NCBI GenBank assembly: GCA_965199825.1
Contig: OZ241329.1
Location: forward strand, 672,001-736,000
Reading direction: 5' to 3'
From: Bdellovibrionales bacterium
Lineage (GTDB): Bacteria; Bdellovibrionota; Bdellovibrionia; Bdellovibrionales; UBA1609
DNA: 64,000 bases
The number at the start of each line of letters is the position of its first letter. Within the stretch, counting starts at the first letter, position 1. Of the stretch, positions 21,985 through 31,056 are shown one piece after another. A program made the position numbers and the translations under genes. The notes below the pieces were generated by a model. It saw only the letters and a list, made by a program, of their open reading frames with translations. It was not told the DNA's origin and did no database searches.

Positions 21985-22839
21985 TTACTTTTTGTCGGCA
22001 AGCTTTTGGCCTTTTTGCCAGATGCAATCTGCACCGGTGAGAACTAAATCTCCAGCTTGGCTTGGACGGATGACGACGCTGTCTGCTTGCCCATCTAAAA
22101 TCGCCACTGTTGCAATTCCAGTAGCGCTACCCGCAGGCTGTCCCAATTGCGACAACGTCGTCATTTCATTTGAGCTTAAATCTTTTGTTGCACAAAATTT
22201 TGGAGCAGCACCGTGGTGGACTTTTGGCACATCCCCAGCATTTTCAACCACCAAGATTTGGTGCTCAACACCATCTTTAGCAAATCGTGGATTTTCAAAA
22301 TGCACACTGTATCTTTCGAGTTCGCTAATTTTTTTCCAACGCAAAACAAATGTTGCAGCTTCTTTGCGGCCCGAACATCGCACATTTTTGGCCGTTCTTA
22401 CAATGTCGCCATTATCAAGAGTCCAGCTGTAGGAACCAACCGAGCACTGATCATAGGGCTTAAAGTAATTGGCGGTACGTTCTGTTGAGTAATTCAAAAC
22501 AAACTGGCCGCTAACTATATTGTATTTATTAACTTCAACCAATGCAGAGCCGTCGAAACGAAAGTTCTGCTGGGGCAGCATCGAGTTTTGCCCGATGGTC
22601 GCAACAGGATAAGAATTAAACTGAATCTCATTGTATTTGCCGTTAGCATCGAGAGGAGCTTCGTTAAAACGAAGGGTTTCGCATCCTTGCTGAAATACAG
22701 CAACTGCAGAATTGAACTTTTCATAACGAGGATTGTCTTTAAGTCCTACCATAGCCCAATCAGAATTATAGACGCCGGTAAAGTTTGGGCAGTCTTGGGC
22801 AAGGGCAAATTGAGAGAGTAACAGAGTAAATAAAATCAC
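21985..22839 (-). CDS. Secreted hypothetical protein
   Basis: Signal MILFTLLLSQFALA-QDCP; GGAGA RBS before the GTG. Confidence 0.75.
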   Translation of the reverse strand: MILFTLLLSQFALAQDCPNFTGVYNSDWAMVGLKDNPRYEKFNSAVAVFQQGCETLRFNEAPLDANGKYNEIQFNSYPVATIGQNSMLPQQNFRFDGSALVEVNKYNIVSGQFVLNYSTERTANYFKPYDQCSVGSYSWTLDNGDIVRTAKNVRCSGRKEAATFVLRWKKISELERYSVHFENPRFAKDGVEHQILVVENAGDVPKVHHGAAPKFCATKDLSSNEMTTLSQLGQPAGSATGIATVAILDGQADSVVIRPSQAGDLVLTGADCIWQKGQKLADKK

Positions 22840-22894
22840 TTTTTATCTCCAAGTTTCGAAAGTCCATCTTCAAAACTATTACAAGGTGATCTTT

Positions 22895-22910
22895 TGCAAG
22901 CTGCCGGCCA
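22895..22910 (-). promoter_or_regulatory. Putative sigma54 promoter
   Basis: Minus strand TGGCCGGCAGCTTGCA (GG-N10-GC). Confidence 0.55.
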
Positions 22911-23080
22911 CCTCAGTTGCTCATTAAAATAGATCCAATGGGTTTATGCCTGACTAGCTTCTAGGCGCAAAAGGTAAATTTTTACCGGTTAACTTTTTTG
23001 ATAATGGCCAAATTAGGGCACCCCAAATGAACATTCTGCAGCCAAATCGGCGCCAAACTCTATTTATTTAGAAATGAAGC

Positions 23081-23096
23081 TGGAATCAAACCTGCT
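23081..23096 (+). promoter_or_regulatory. Putative sigma54 promoter
   Basis: TGGAATCAAACCTGCT (GG-N10-GC); near-copy at 24458. Confidence 0.6.
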
Positions 23097-23162
23097 ATGT
23101 ATTCGTTTGTAATTATCCGTTTATTTTTAATGAAACCAATTTTCCAAAGTAAAGGAAGGAAA

Positions 23163-23789
23163 ATGAAACTAAAACTACTTATTACTGGTCTTGCCGCAAC
23201 TGTTGCAGTTGTTGCCTGCTCGAGTAAAGACAAAGCTCTTAAGCCACTCGTTTCTCCCTCAAGTTCTGCGACAACAAATTCTGTTCAGGACAAGAGCGTA
23301 GAAGCTATGAACCCAACCGAACAGGTTCAGGGTTTGGATGCTATGACAATGAGCTGGGATGACGGCGATGCTAAGAAAGCTTATCAAGAAAGACTAAAGG
23401 GTTTAAACGTAAGAATCCTTGTTAACGACGATATCCAAAGCGTTTTGAAACAGGAAGCTTCGGAAAAACACTCGAAGTGCACAATTCTCGCTGTTGGAAC
23501 ACACCTTGCCGCTGGCGATCAGTTGTTTATCAAAAGTATGGTTGGCGAAAAAGTTTTTGATTCTTCAGAAGGATCACACATTGGTGACGCTTCAGTTTTA
23601 AAACAAAACGAAGGTAAATTGAAAGTTGAATTCACTCTTGCCAAAATCGGCAAAGATGGAACTCCAACTTCTGATAAATCAGTAAACAATGAATTGACCC
23701 TCCGATGCATTAACGACTTTTCGGTAATGACTTTCGGAGATGTATCAGCCGCTTTGAATAACAAGCTGTTGTTTTTCTCTGCTAACTAA
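23163..23789 (+). CDS. Lipoprotein, paralog 1 of a tandem triplet
   Basis: VVAC lipobox, GGAAGGA RBS, shared C-terminus (C..D.S.MTFGDVS.AL...L.F.S). Confidence 0.8.
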   Translation: MKLKLLITGLAATVAVVACSSKDKALKPLVSPSSSATTNSVQDKSVEAMNPTEQVQGLDAMTMSWDDGDAKKAYQERLKGLNVRILVNDDIQSVLKQEASEKHSKCTILAVGTHLAAGDQLFIKSMVGEKVFDSSEGSHIGDASVLKQNEGKLKVEFTLAKIGKDGTPTSDKSVNNELTLRCINDFSVMTFGDVSAALNNKLLFFSAN

Positions 23790-23800
23790 TCTTAATTTTT

Positions 23801-23833
23801 AAAGGATCATCCTTCGGGATGGTCCTTTTTTTT
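23801..23833 (+). terminator. Intrinsic terminator with a cUUCGg loop
   Basis: AAAGGATCATCC-TTCG-GGATGGTCCTTT followed by a T tract. Confidence 0.85.
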
Positions 23834-23861
23834 GCCCAATTTTCCATGGAAGGAAAATGCG

Positions 23862-24383
23862 ATGAGACTTAAATTTTTAATGGTCAGTGTCTTGGTTTTA
23901 GCAGCCTGCTCAAAGCAGCAACAAACAGCTAAACCCATTGATCTTGATACGGCCACTGACTCGATGGACTCTGCCCATTTTAATGTTCTCAATGCGATGA
24001 CGCCTGCTTTGTTTGACCAAAATCTGGTCGCCGAATTCAAAACACAATTATCTGACCTTGCACCTCGCGGATTGGTCTCGGGCGACATCCGTCGCAACCT
24101 GGACTTAAATTCTCCCTGTAAAATGACCGCTGTGGGCAATAACATCCAAATGAGTGATCTCTTATTTTTTGTTGATCAATCGGGATTTAGAGATGGCGAT
24201 CTTCATGTCAGTTATAGACTGAGCAAGATTGATCCCGACTTAAAAGACGAATCTGGAAATCCCATAATTTCAACTGCAAAAGATGAAGTCTCTTTCACTT
24301 GTACTAATGATGGCTCGTTTATGAGCTTTGGTGAGATCACTCAAAGTTTAAAGGGCAATTTGAACTTTATCTCACTCAAATAA
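23862..24383 (+). CDS. Lipoprotein, paralog 2
   Basis: LAAC lipobox, GGAAGGA RBS; LNAMTPALFD..AEF..LSDLAPR shared with paralog 3. Confidence 0.8.
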   Translation: MRLKFLMVSVLVLAACSKQQQTAKPIDLDTATDSMDSAHFNVLNAMTPALFDQNLVAEFKTQLSDLAPRGLVSGDIRRNLDLNSPCKMTAVGNNIQMSDLLFFVDQSGFRDGDLHVSYRLSKIDPDLKDESGNPIISTAKDEVSFTCTNDGSFMSFGEITQSLKGNLNFISLK

Positions 24384-24457
24384 ACAAAATTTGTCACTGG
24401 CTTTTGAAAAATTGAACTGCCTAAAATTCCCAAAACGCATACTGAGCGAGATGGGGT

Positions 24458-24473
24458 TGGAACCAATCCTGCT
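24458..24473 (+). promoter_or_regulatory. Putative sigma54 promoter
   Basis: TGGAACCAATCCTGCT (GG-N10-GC). Confidence 0.6.
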
Positions 24474-24511
24474 CAATAAAACGCACTAACAATTTCTACG
24501 GAAGGAAACTT

Positions 24512-25039
24512 ATGAACGTTAAACTCATTCTTTCTGGTCTACTGGCTGCGACAATGATGTCGGCATGCTCAAGCTCTGATCAGAAAACAAAAGCTGTGGC
24601 CCGTGTCGGTAAAACAGACACAAACAGCGTATTGCTCAACAGCTTAAATGGAGTTACCCCTGCAATGTACGATGAAGCCGAAAAAGCTGAATTTGCTAGA
24701 TCTTTAAATGACCTCGCTCCACGCGTTGTTGTTTCATCGACTGCAAAAGTAGATGAGAAATCGGTTTGCTGGATTCGCGATGTCGGATCTGATATCAAAA
24801 AAGGTGATACTCTTTTTATTGATATGACAAAGACCACCGCTTTGCGGGATGGAAAATTGGTTGTTGAATACGTTCTTACCAAATCTAGCCCAGAACTCGT
24901 TGACGATACCGGTCGCGGTGTACAGTCTTCGACTAAAAACGAAATGACTTTGGGTTGCTCAAGCAACGGCTCTGTTCTTACCTTTGCTGATGTCAGCAAA
25001 GCTTTGAATGGCGCTTTGACTTTTGTTTCAGGTAAATAA
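24512..25039 (+). CDS. Lipoprotein, paralog 3
   Basis: MSAC lipobox, GGAAGGA RBS, homology to the two preceding ORFs. Confidence 0.8.
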   Translation: MNVKLILSGLLAATMMSACSSSDQKTKAVARVGKTDTNSVLLNSLNGVTPAMYDEAEKAEFARSLNDLAPRVVVSSTAKVDEKSVCWIRDVGSDIKKGDTLFIDMTKTTALRDGKLVVEYVLTKSSPELVDDTGRGVQSSTKNEMTLGCSSNGSVLTFADVSKALNGALTFVSGK

Positions 25040-25046
25040 TTTCTTT

Positions 25047-25079
25047 CAAGACCGCCTTTACCGGCGGTCTTGCCTTTTT
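25047..25079 (+). terminator. Intrinsic terminator
   Basis: CAAGACCGCC-TTTACC-GGCGGTCTTG followed by Ts. Confidence 0.75.
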
Positions 25080-25116
25080 AATTCCCACCGCTTGATCTGT
25101 TTGTTAAAACAACTTT

Positions 25117-25785
25117 GTGATAAAAATAATCTGCTTCTTATTTGTGATCTCGTCTTCTTCTTTTGGCCAACTTGTGTCCGAAGAGCCCCCACCCGATTCA
25201 ACTGGACCCAAAATATTAGTCGCCTCACCACATCATCAATTTCAATGGTGGATCGATTCTCAAAATCGCTTGGCAAATTTTCGCCGTTGTGAAGTCTTGC
25301 CCAACCAAAACATTCGCTGTAATGCCCCTGTTCTTTTGCGCGGAATTCCTCCCGCAGAGCTGCGAACGATGATTAATTTTTATGCCGAACGTTTAACTAA
25401 ACCATTGAGCGAAAGCCTTAAAAGTTATGCACTTGCTGCAACTTCCCTTACCGGAACCGCAGCGCTAGTCGCGGTGAGTAGTCAGATTCCCGAAAATTTT
25501 GTTAAGCGGATTTTGCGTGGCAAAACTGTTGCGATTGGAACTGTCATTACTGTCGTTGCGGTGGTTGGTTATATGGGTCTTGGGTTTTATCGTAATCATC
25601 AAGACAGAATTATTATTCAAGCCTTCTCTGACGCGACAGAAAAAGACCCTAAAGTTCCTCCGCATATCTTTTTGACCAATGACGGTTTATTTAAAGAATT
25701 TTTCCGCACCTTTCGTTTGATGCTCCAGGACTACACACATGGTGGTGGTACCTTTTACGAAGATGGGAATCTTATTTTTCAATAA
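25117..25785 (+). CDS. Hypothetical exported protein with two internal hydrophobic helices
   Basis: Signal-like N-terminus; 222 aa. Confidence 0.65.
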   Translation: MIKIICFLFVISSSSFGQLVSEEPPPDSTGPKILVASPHHQFQWWIDSQNRLANFRRCEVLPNQNIRCNAPVLLRGIPPAELRTMINFYAERLTKPLSESLKSYALAATSLTGTAALVAVSSQIPENFVKRILRGKTVAIGTVITVVAVVGYMGLGFYRNHQDRIIIQAFSDATEKDPKVPPHIFLTNDGLFKEFFRTFRLMLQDYTHGGGTFYEDGNLIFQ

Positions 25786-25797
25786 AGGAGAACTGAT

Positions 25798-26217
25798 ATG
25801 ATCAAGCGCAAAGCCAACGTCACATGGTCTGGCACAGGCAAAGATGGCAAAGGGCAAATCTCAACCGAGAGTGGTGCAATCAAACAAGTCCCATTTACCT
25901 TTAAAACTCGTTTTCAAGGCGAAAAAGGCACCAATCCCGAGGAGCTTATTGCAGCCGCTCACGCTGGATGCTTTTCGATGGCACTCGCATTTATGCTCAG
26001 TGGTGAGGGTCATACACCTGAGTCCATTGAAACCTCGGCTGCAGTCTCGATGGAAGAAAAACCCGAAGGTTGGACGGTGACCGAAAGTCTTTTGACCTTG
26101 AAGGCATCCGTTCCTGGTCTGGATGCCAAAGCAATCAAAGAATTTGCCGAAAAAGCAAAAGCGGGTTGCCCGATTTCACGCTTGCTCAATGCTAAAGTTG
26201 GGCTTGAGATCGTGTAA
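25798..26217 (+). CDS. osmC: OsmC family peroxiredoxin
   Basis: GTNPEELIAAAHAGCFSMAL, AKAGCPISRLL; AAGGAG RBS. Confidence 0.95.
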   Translation: MIKRKANVTWSGTGKDGKGQISTESGAIKQVPFTFKTRFQGEKGTNPEELIAAAHAGCFSMALAFMLSGEGHTPESIETSAAVSMEEKPEGWTVTESLLTLKASVPGLDAKAIKEFAEKAKAGCPISRLLNAKVGLEIV

Positions 26218-26218
26218 T

Positions 26219-26253
26219 AAAAAAAAGTCTTCCAGCCTTCAAAGCTGGAAGAC
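26219..26253 (-). terminator. Terminator between convergent osmC and the small protein
   Basis: GTCTTCCAGC...GCTGGAAGAC stem with an A tract on its left. Confidence 0.7.
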
Positions 26254-26259
26254 CACAAT

Positions 26260-26466
26260 TTACCTTTTGGCTTTACACGCGTCAGAAGCCTCGACAGATA
26301 CACCTTCCACAGTGCCCCCACCTTTAATGGTCTTCACACACGATTTCACTTCCATTCCTTTTTTGCCCGCTGCCCGACAAGCCTCGCGCACCTCTTTACA
26401 AGGCCCGCCTTTTGCGAATGCCATAGAGCCCGAAATCATGATTGCAGTTAAAATTAATTTTTTCAT
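26260..26466 (-). CDS. Small secreted Cys/Lys-rich protein
   Basis: Signal MKKLIL...AFA, four Cys, GGAGGA RBS. Confidence 0.8.
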   Translation of the reverse strand: MKKLILTAIMISGSMAFAKGGPCKEVREACRAAGKKGMEVKSCVKTIKGGGTVEGVSVEASDACKAKR

Positions 26467-26558
26467 TTAAAGTCCTCCATGAGCTGTGAAGTTATCTTCA
26501 TTTGTTATCCTTACGATAGTTTGTTCATCTGCTTCTTCAACAAAAAAAGGAGATTCAC

Positions 26559-26909
26559 ATGAGTCTAGTTACAGATATTATTCACAAGATTTTTGGAACA
26601 CAAACAGCGACCGCAACCTTGCCTAGTCAACCTTTACCAGCCACACCACCTGCGGTGAATGTCGATGAAATTTTATCGGGGCTTGCAAAAAAACATACCG
26701 AGCGTTTGGACTGGCAACATTCGATTGTTGATCTGATGAAGGTGTTGAATATGGATTCAAGTCTTCAAAACCGAAAACAACTTGCAAAAGAATTGGGTTA
26801 CACCGGCAGCCAAGATGATTCGGCAACAATGAACAAATGGCTACAAAAACAGGTTTTGAGCAAAATTGTCGAAAATGGTGGAAAACTTCCTGAAGAGCTT
26901 TTGCACTAA
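26559..26909 (+). CDS. DUF3597 domain protein
   Basis: LDWxxSIVDLMK.L..DSSL..RK.LA.ELGY.G...DSA.MN.WL...NGG..P. Confidence 0.88.
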   Translation: MSLVTDIIHKIFGTQTATATLPSQPLPATPPAVNVDEILSGLAKKHTERLDWQHSIVDLMKVLNMDSSLQNRKQLAKELGYTGSQDDSATMNKWLQKQVLSKIVENGGKLPEELLH

Positions 26910-28210
26910 TTGAACCACGAGATATTTTCGCCGATTTTTATTTTATCGGTGTAATTCTCAAGTTCATCTAACCAGTGGCCGTGAACCAAAATTTTGGCAA
27001 AACTCAATGTGTTGATCTCGTTGAGTTGAATGATTGTCAAAAAGGCGGCCACTGTATTTCGGGCTAACATCAAATTTTCTCTTGAATCCAAATCCAATTT
27101 TTCAAATCGACTTCTCCACCGCAACACTTCGGCTTCTGAAATATTCAATGTTACCAGTGTTGGCTCGATGACTTGCCTTAAAAAGGTGCCCAACGCTTTT
27201 CTTTTGGTCAAAACCGACTGATGCCAGTAGTCCACAATAAATTCGGCAAGGACCGAATTCGCCGCAGTATGAATCATATCAAAGTAAGCTTGGGTCTGAT
27301 CTTCGCTCATTGACGGATTGCCCTGCGGCCGGTTCTTAATATAGCGGTAGGCCGCCTGCACTACGACATCCTTTGGGATGTAAACCGAACCATCAGACTC
27401 CATCGCTCGCAAAGAAAAAAAAGCGGAGTCTGCAATGAGATACATTGCTTCAGTTTGTTTTTTGATCACCACCGCATGTGAGGCACAATCCTCCACATTT
27501 TTTTCATAGCGAATATTGAGTCCGCACAATTTAACGAACACCGAATGATTCAGGCTTAAGCCCCTTGCGATCGCTGCCGAAATCTCTTGAGGATCAAGAG
27601 CCAAAGTTTTTGTAAGCGGTGATGAAGGGGCCTCGACCTGGTGGTCACACTTTCTAAAATTCACCGCTTGAGCCAGAAAATCCAAACCGTTTTTTGATTT
27701 TTTAGCAAGGGATTCGAGAATCTGTTTGGTATTTTTTAATCGATACTTGTCCAACTCATGATCGGCGCTGGATTCAAAAAAGATATGCTTTGACTGATAG
27801 CTGTTAAAAAATGCAGGCAGCATCTCATCAAGATCATAGGCCAAGGGATTTAAAATCTTTGATCGATTGATCAAAAATAGATCTTTTTCGAGAGTGCAAT
27901 GAGCGGCGGTAAAACTTTTTTTGGCTGGAAGATAAGGAAATTCTTGATGGGATCCATCAAAAAAAATGTGAATATTTGAAGCTTGAATCTCGAAGTTTTG
28001 ATTCAACTCATATTCGCGATGAGCACGAACAATCTCGAAAATCGAATACTTCCATTGGGCCGCATTGAGCGAGCACTCTTTACAAGTGGCATCCTTCATG
28101 AGTTGCTCCTCAGCAAAACTCATACAGAAAGGGGTGTAGGCTTGTCCGCGCAGCTTGAGTTCGTCAAAGGCTTGAGCCGCAATCCATACCCACAGAACAA
28201 AAATAAAAAT
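26906..28210 (-). CDS. Secreted papain-like cysteine protease with no canonical in-frame start
   Basis: Frame extends upstream of the track's ATG at 28123 and encodes IFIFVLWVWIAAQA-FDELKLRGQAYTPFCMSFA (Q-x5-C); SHAVVI and YLIADS downstream. Confidence 0.65.
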   Translation of the reverse strand: MFIFVLWVWIAAQAFDELKLRGQAYTPFCMSFAEEQLMKDATCKECSLNAAQWKYSIFEIVRAHREYELNQNFEIQASNIHIFFDGSHQEFPYLPAKKSFTAAHCTLEKDLFLINRSKILNPLAYDLDEMLPAFFNSYQSKHIFFESSADHELDKYRLKNTKQILESLAKKSKNGLDFLAQAVNFRKCDHQVEAPSSPLTKTLALDPQEISAAIARGLSLNHSVFVKLCGLNIRYEKNVEDCASHAVVIKKQTEAMYLIADSAFFSLRAMESDGSVYIPKDVVVQAAYRYIKNRPQGNPSMSEDQTQAYFDMIHTAANSVLAEFIVDYWHQSVLTKRKALGTFLRQVIEPTLVTLNISEAEVLRWRSRFEKLDLDSRENLMLARNTVAAFLTIIQLNEINTLSFAKILVHGHWLDELENYTDKIKIGENISWFN

Positions 28211-28299
28211 TGCCGCCCCCTCAAATGTTGGTGAGCGACTTGATACGTCACAAACCGATAACAGCTGTTGTTTAAAATAAAATCATCGAAGCTTTTGAG

Positions 28300-28536
28300 A
28301 TGACTGAAAAGCAAGAACGCACCAATACAATTATCTTTTTACTTATAGGGAGTATTGGCCTACCGATTTATTTGTATCAGTGGTGGGTTCAGTCTTCAAA
28401 TGGTTGGGTTTGTTTTTCACGCCATGGAAATATTTTAGAATACACTTCGGTTTGTAAAACAAAAATATTTTTAGGATTGTTTTTAACCGGGATGGCGCTA
28501 TTTTTATCGCTGCGAAAAATTCTTAAAACAAAATGA
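28300..28536 (+). CDS. Small two-TM hypothetical protein
   Basis: 78 aa, two hydrophobic helices around a Cys-containing loop. Confidence 0.5.
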   Translation: MTEKQERTNTIIFLLIGSIGLPIYLYQWWVQSSNGWVCFSRHGNILEYTSVCKTKIFLGLFLTGMALFLSLRKILKTK

Positions 28537-28777
28537 TAAATTAGAAAACAATCGGATTAAACTTTTTTAATTTATTAATCAAAGGATTGCGATATTTTGA
28601 CACAAAATCCTTCATCCGATCTTTTTCGGCTCTGGCTTGAATGAGGTACGCCTAGAATTCATCGATCACCAAATCTTCGTTTTCGATATTGTAGGCCTTG
28701 CCAATATCCAGTCATGGACTCCATTTGCTAACGAGATCGGCTCGTTTATTACATTGATTTGCGGCTTCATGTTTTTA

Positions 28778-30187
28778 TCAAGGCACATAGCCCAGAACTC
28801 CTTCAACTGCAAAACCGTGTTGCAAACACTCATTTTGATCAAGAGTGTCCATATGTCCTGAATCACTTTTTATACAGCGGTAAAGTGCCTTCGACGCTTG
28901 CGGTGAACTTCCGTTTTGAACAAAACCCAAAGGGCCTTCGTTATCGTTGCCTCCACAATCATCGGTTGAAGAGGTAAAATGATCATCGGTTCCTCTGACA
29001 AGACATCGGTAAATGGTGTGTCGATCAGATCCCCCCACATTGAGTAAGCCTGTGAGTAGTCCATCCTCATTCCACTCTGCAGTCACATCGTTCAAATCGA
29101 TTGCCGACAAATGATATAAGGTACCTGATTTAATCAAACGATAAAGAGGATGTACACTAAAGTCAGCACCGGTCGCGACGGGCGCAGGATTGTTGGTCGG
29201 TGGTGTGACAGTCGGAGGCGCACCGGGAGATGATGGATTAAACGTTTGATGCAAATTCTGAATGGCTTGGGTCACCTGAGTCACCGTTCCCACACTCACG
29301 TACATTCTAAAACTATAATCACCAGCTGGTGTGTCTGCAGTTCGAAACACCGCATTCCATTTCATCGTATCACCTGGAAATGAAAAGCGACCAAAGCCGG
29401 CTTGTGCGTAAGCGGCTTGAGGAAGATCGGGAGAATAAATTCCCATGGCGTAATTTTGATCAGAGGTTGAGAGAATCACAGGAATGGGTTGCTCTCCATT
29501 TTGATTCGATAATGCTCTTAGCGATGAAGATCGTGGATCGTATGTCCAAAATGTTGAAAATTGACTGGGCATATAACCGGTCAAGGCCTCAAAGGTCGCA
29601 CTCGAATGATGAGCGGCCACGTGGTAGGTTACCAAATATTCGATCACATTGGATTGTCCGTTATATCCAATGGTCACTTGCTTGCTGATTTGATCATTTG
29701 ATAAATCAGTTGTATTTAGTGCTGAAAAACCTCCGCCGCATCCATTGGGATAAGGCATTTGAGCAGGAGTCCAATAAGCCATTTGGGTTGTGGTTTTTAA
29801 AACGTTATTGTTTGCGCTGATTCCAAGGAGTTGACTAGTGGAAACTGTTCCATCAGTTGCCGACCCCGCTTCGGTCGGATTTAGACATTCCCCAAATCCA
29901 TCAAAGCTCACTGCAGACTGAAGCTCTCTTCCATGATCGGTGCTGTTGATAAATTCTTTGTTATTCCAGGTGAGCGATGTGATAGCTCCGGCCATTTGCG
30001 AACTTGTTTTGATAACTAACGGAGATCCAAGTGCCACACCCGCAATCGAAGTATCGCCGCTGGATGCAACCGAAGAGGAGCTTAAACTCGAACTCAATGT
30101 CGCTTTCGAAATGCCCCGAAAAGCGGAGCAGCCAAAGATCACCGCAGTGAAAGAAGCAAATAGTATGAGTTTAGACAGAAAGTTCAT
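28778..30187 (-). CDS. Lipoprotein with a beta-sandwich domain, Pro/Thr linker and C-terminal LYRC-type repeats
   Basis: IFGC lipobox; three repeats like LYR(C)....H......C....EG.LG.V; GGGGA RBS. Confidence 0.75.
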   Translation of the reverse strand: MNFLSKLILFASFTAVIFGCSAFRGISKATLSSSLSSSSVASSGDTSIAGVALGSPLVIKTSSQMAGAITSLTWNNKEFINSTDHGRELQSAVSFDGFGECLNPTEAGSATDGTVSTSQLLGISANNNVLKTTTQMAYWTPAQMPYPNGCGGGFSALNTTDLSNDQISKQVTIGYNGQSNVIEYLVTYHVAAHHSSATFEALTGYMPSQFSTFWTYDPRSSSLRALSNQNGEQPIPVILSTSDQNYAMGIYSPDLPQAAYAQAGFGRFSFPGDTMKWNAVFRTADTPAGDYSFRMYVSVGTVTQVTQAIQNLHQTFNPSSPGAPPTVTPPTNNPAPVATGADFSVHPLYRLIKSGTLYHLSAIDLNDVTAEWNEDGLLTGLLNVGGSDRHTIYRCLVRGTDDHFTSSTDDCGGNDNEGPLGFVQNGSSPQASKALYRCIKSDSGHMDTLDQNECLQHGFAVEGVLGYVP

Positions 30188-30403
30188 CGCGTATCCCCCT
30201 GAGACTCATATAAATTGCAATTTCAGAGTGATTTCTTAGTGATAAGCTTTGAATTTGGACGGACAAAAATGTCGAAGAAGTAAAACTTGGATGATTGATT
30301 TACGCCGCAAAATGAGACGCCTCACTTTAAGCCACTTGCTTCAACATCAAGTTCAATCAAAAAAATCTTTTGAATCAAAAAGAGCTTTGGCCTATCACTA
30401 GAT

Positions 30404-31054
30404 ATGATCATTTTTATTTTATTGAGTTTTATGTGCTTAAAAAGTTTTGCAGGCGATTTTAAACTTACGATGCGTGACCAACGTCGGATCACTTTTGAAT
30501 ACAACGATGATTACTCACTCACGCCGTATGCCAAAAATAGACTGAGAAATTTTGCTGTGGTTGACCCTTTATTAGAAAATGACATCGCAATTATTTTTAG
30601 CGTTTTTTATAACACCCAAGTGATCGAGAGCAAATTTAAAGATTTACCTCTGACCACAATCGATTTTTTAAATGGACGAATCAATTTATTACCGGCCCAT
30701 TTTTCAGACTACATCAAATCAACTTTAGCATCGGTGCAGCGACTTCGTTATCCAGAAAATCAGAAAGAACTTTCAAGATTCGTTCGTCAGTATCTGTCGC
30801 TAAAATTTGATTCACTCTCGAAGACCGCGTTGATTAGACCTCTTACCAATTCGCTTGCTTCGAGAGCTTCAGCTCGCCTGTTAAATTACTATTCGAATTC
30901 TTTATTTTGGCAAGTGCTCCAAGCGAATCTTAAAATGGGCTATCCAAATCAGGTAACGGATCCGACACAAGTCAGATCTTTGATTGAACAGCTGTTTAAG
31001 ATCGACCAACCTTCGGACTCAGTGGATTGTATGCGCCTGTTGGGGTCAGCTTAG
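30404..31054 (+). CDS. Secreted ORFan, paralog of 40919..41584
   Basis: Signal ..KSFA; shared RR, AV.DP, L.[RK]PLTN, FW..L motifs; C-terminal CMRLL. Confidence 0.7.
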   Translation: MIIFILLSFMCLKSFAGDFKLTMRDQRRITFEYNDDYSLTPYAKNRLRNFAVVDPLLENDIAIIFSVFYNTQVIESKFKDLPLTTIDFLNGRINLLPAHFSDYIKSTLASVQRLRYPENQKELSRFVRQYLSLKFDSLSKTALIRPLTNSLASRASARLLNYYSNSLFWQVLQANLKMGYPNQVTDPTQVRSLIEQLFKIDQPSDSVDCMRLLGSA

Positions 31055-31056
31055 TT

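Noticed and set aside
21710..22027. 105-aa ORF on the minus strand
   Set aside because: It overlaps the RNase P RNA and is a spurious translation
28540..28777. Intergenic ORFs 28637 and 28666 and a possible gene remnant
   Set aside because: No convincing alignment to any gene in the window, and no RBS or motif
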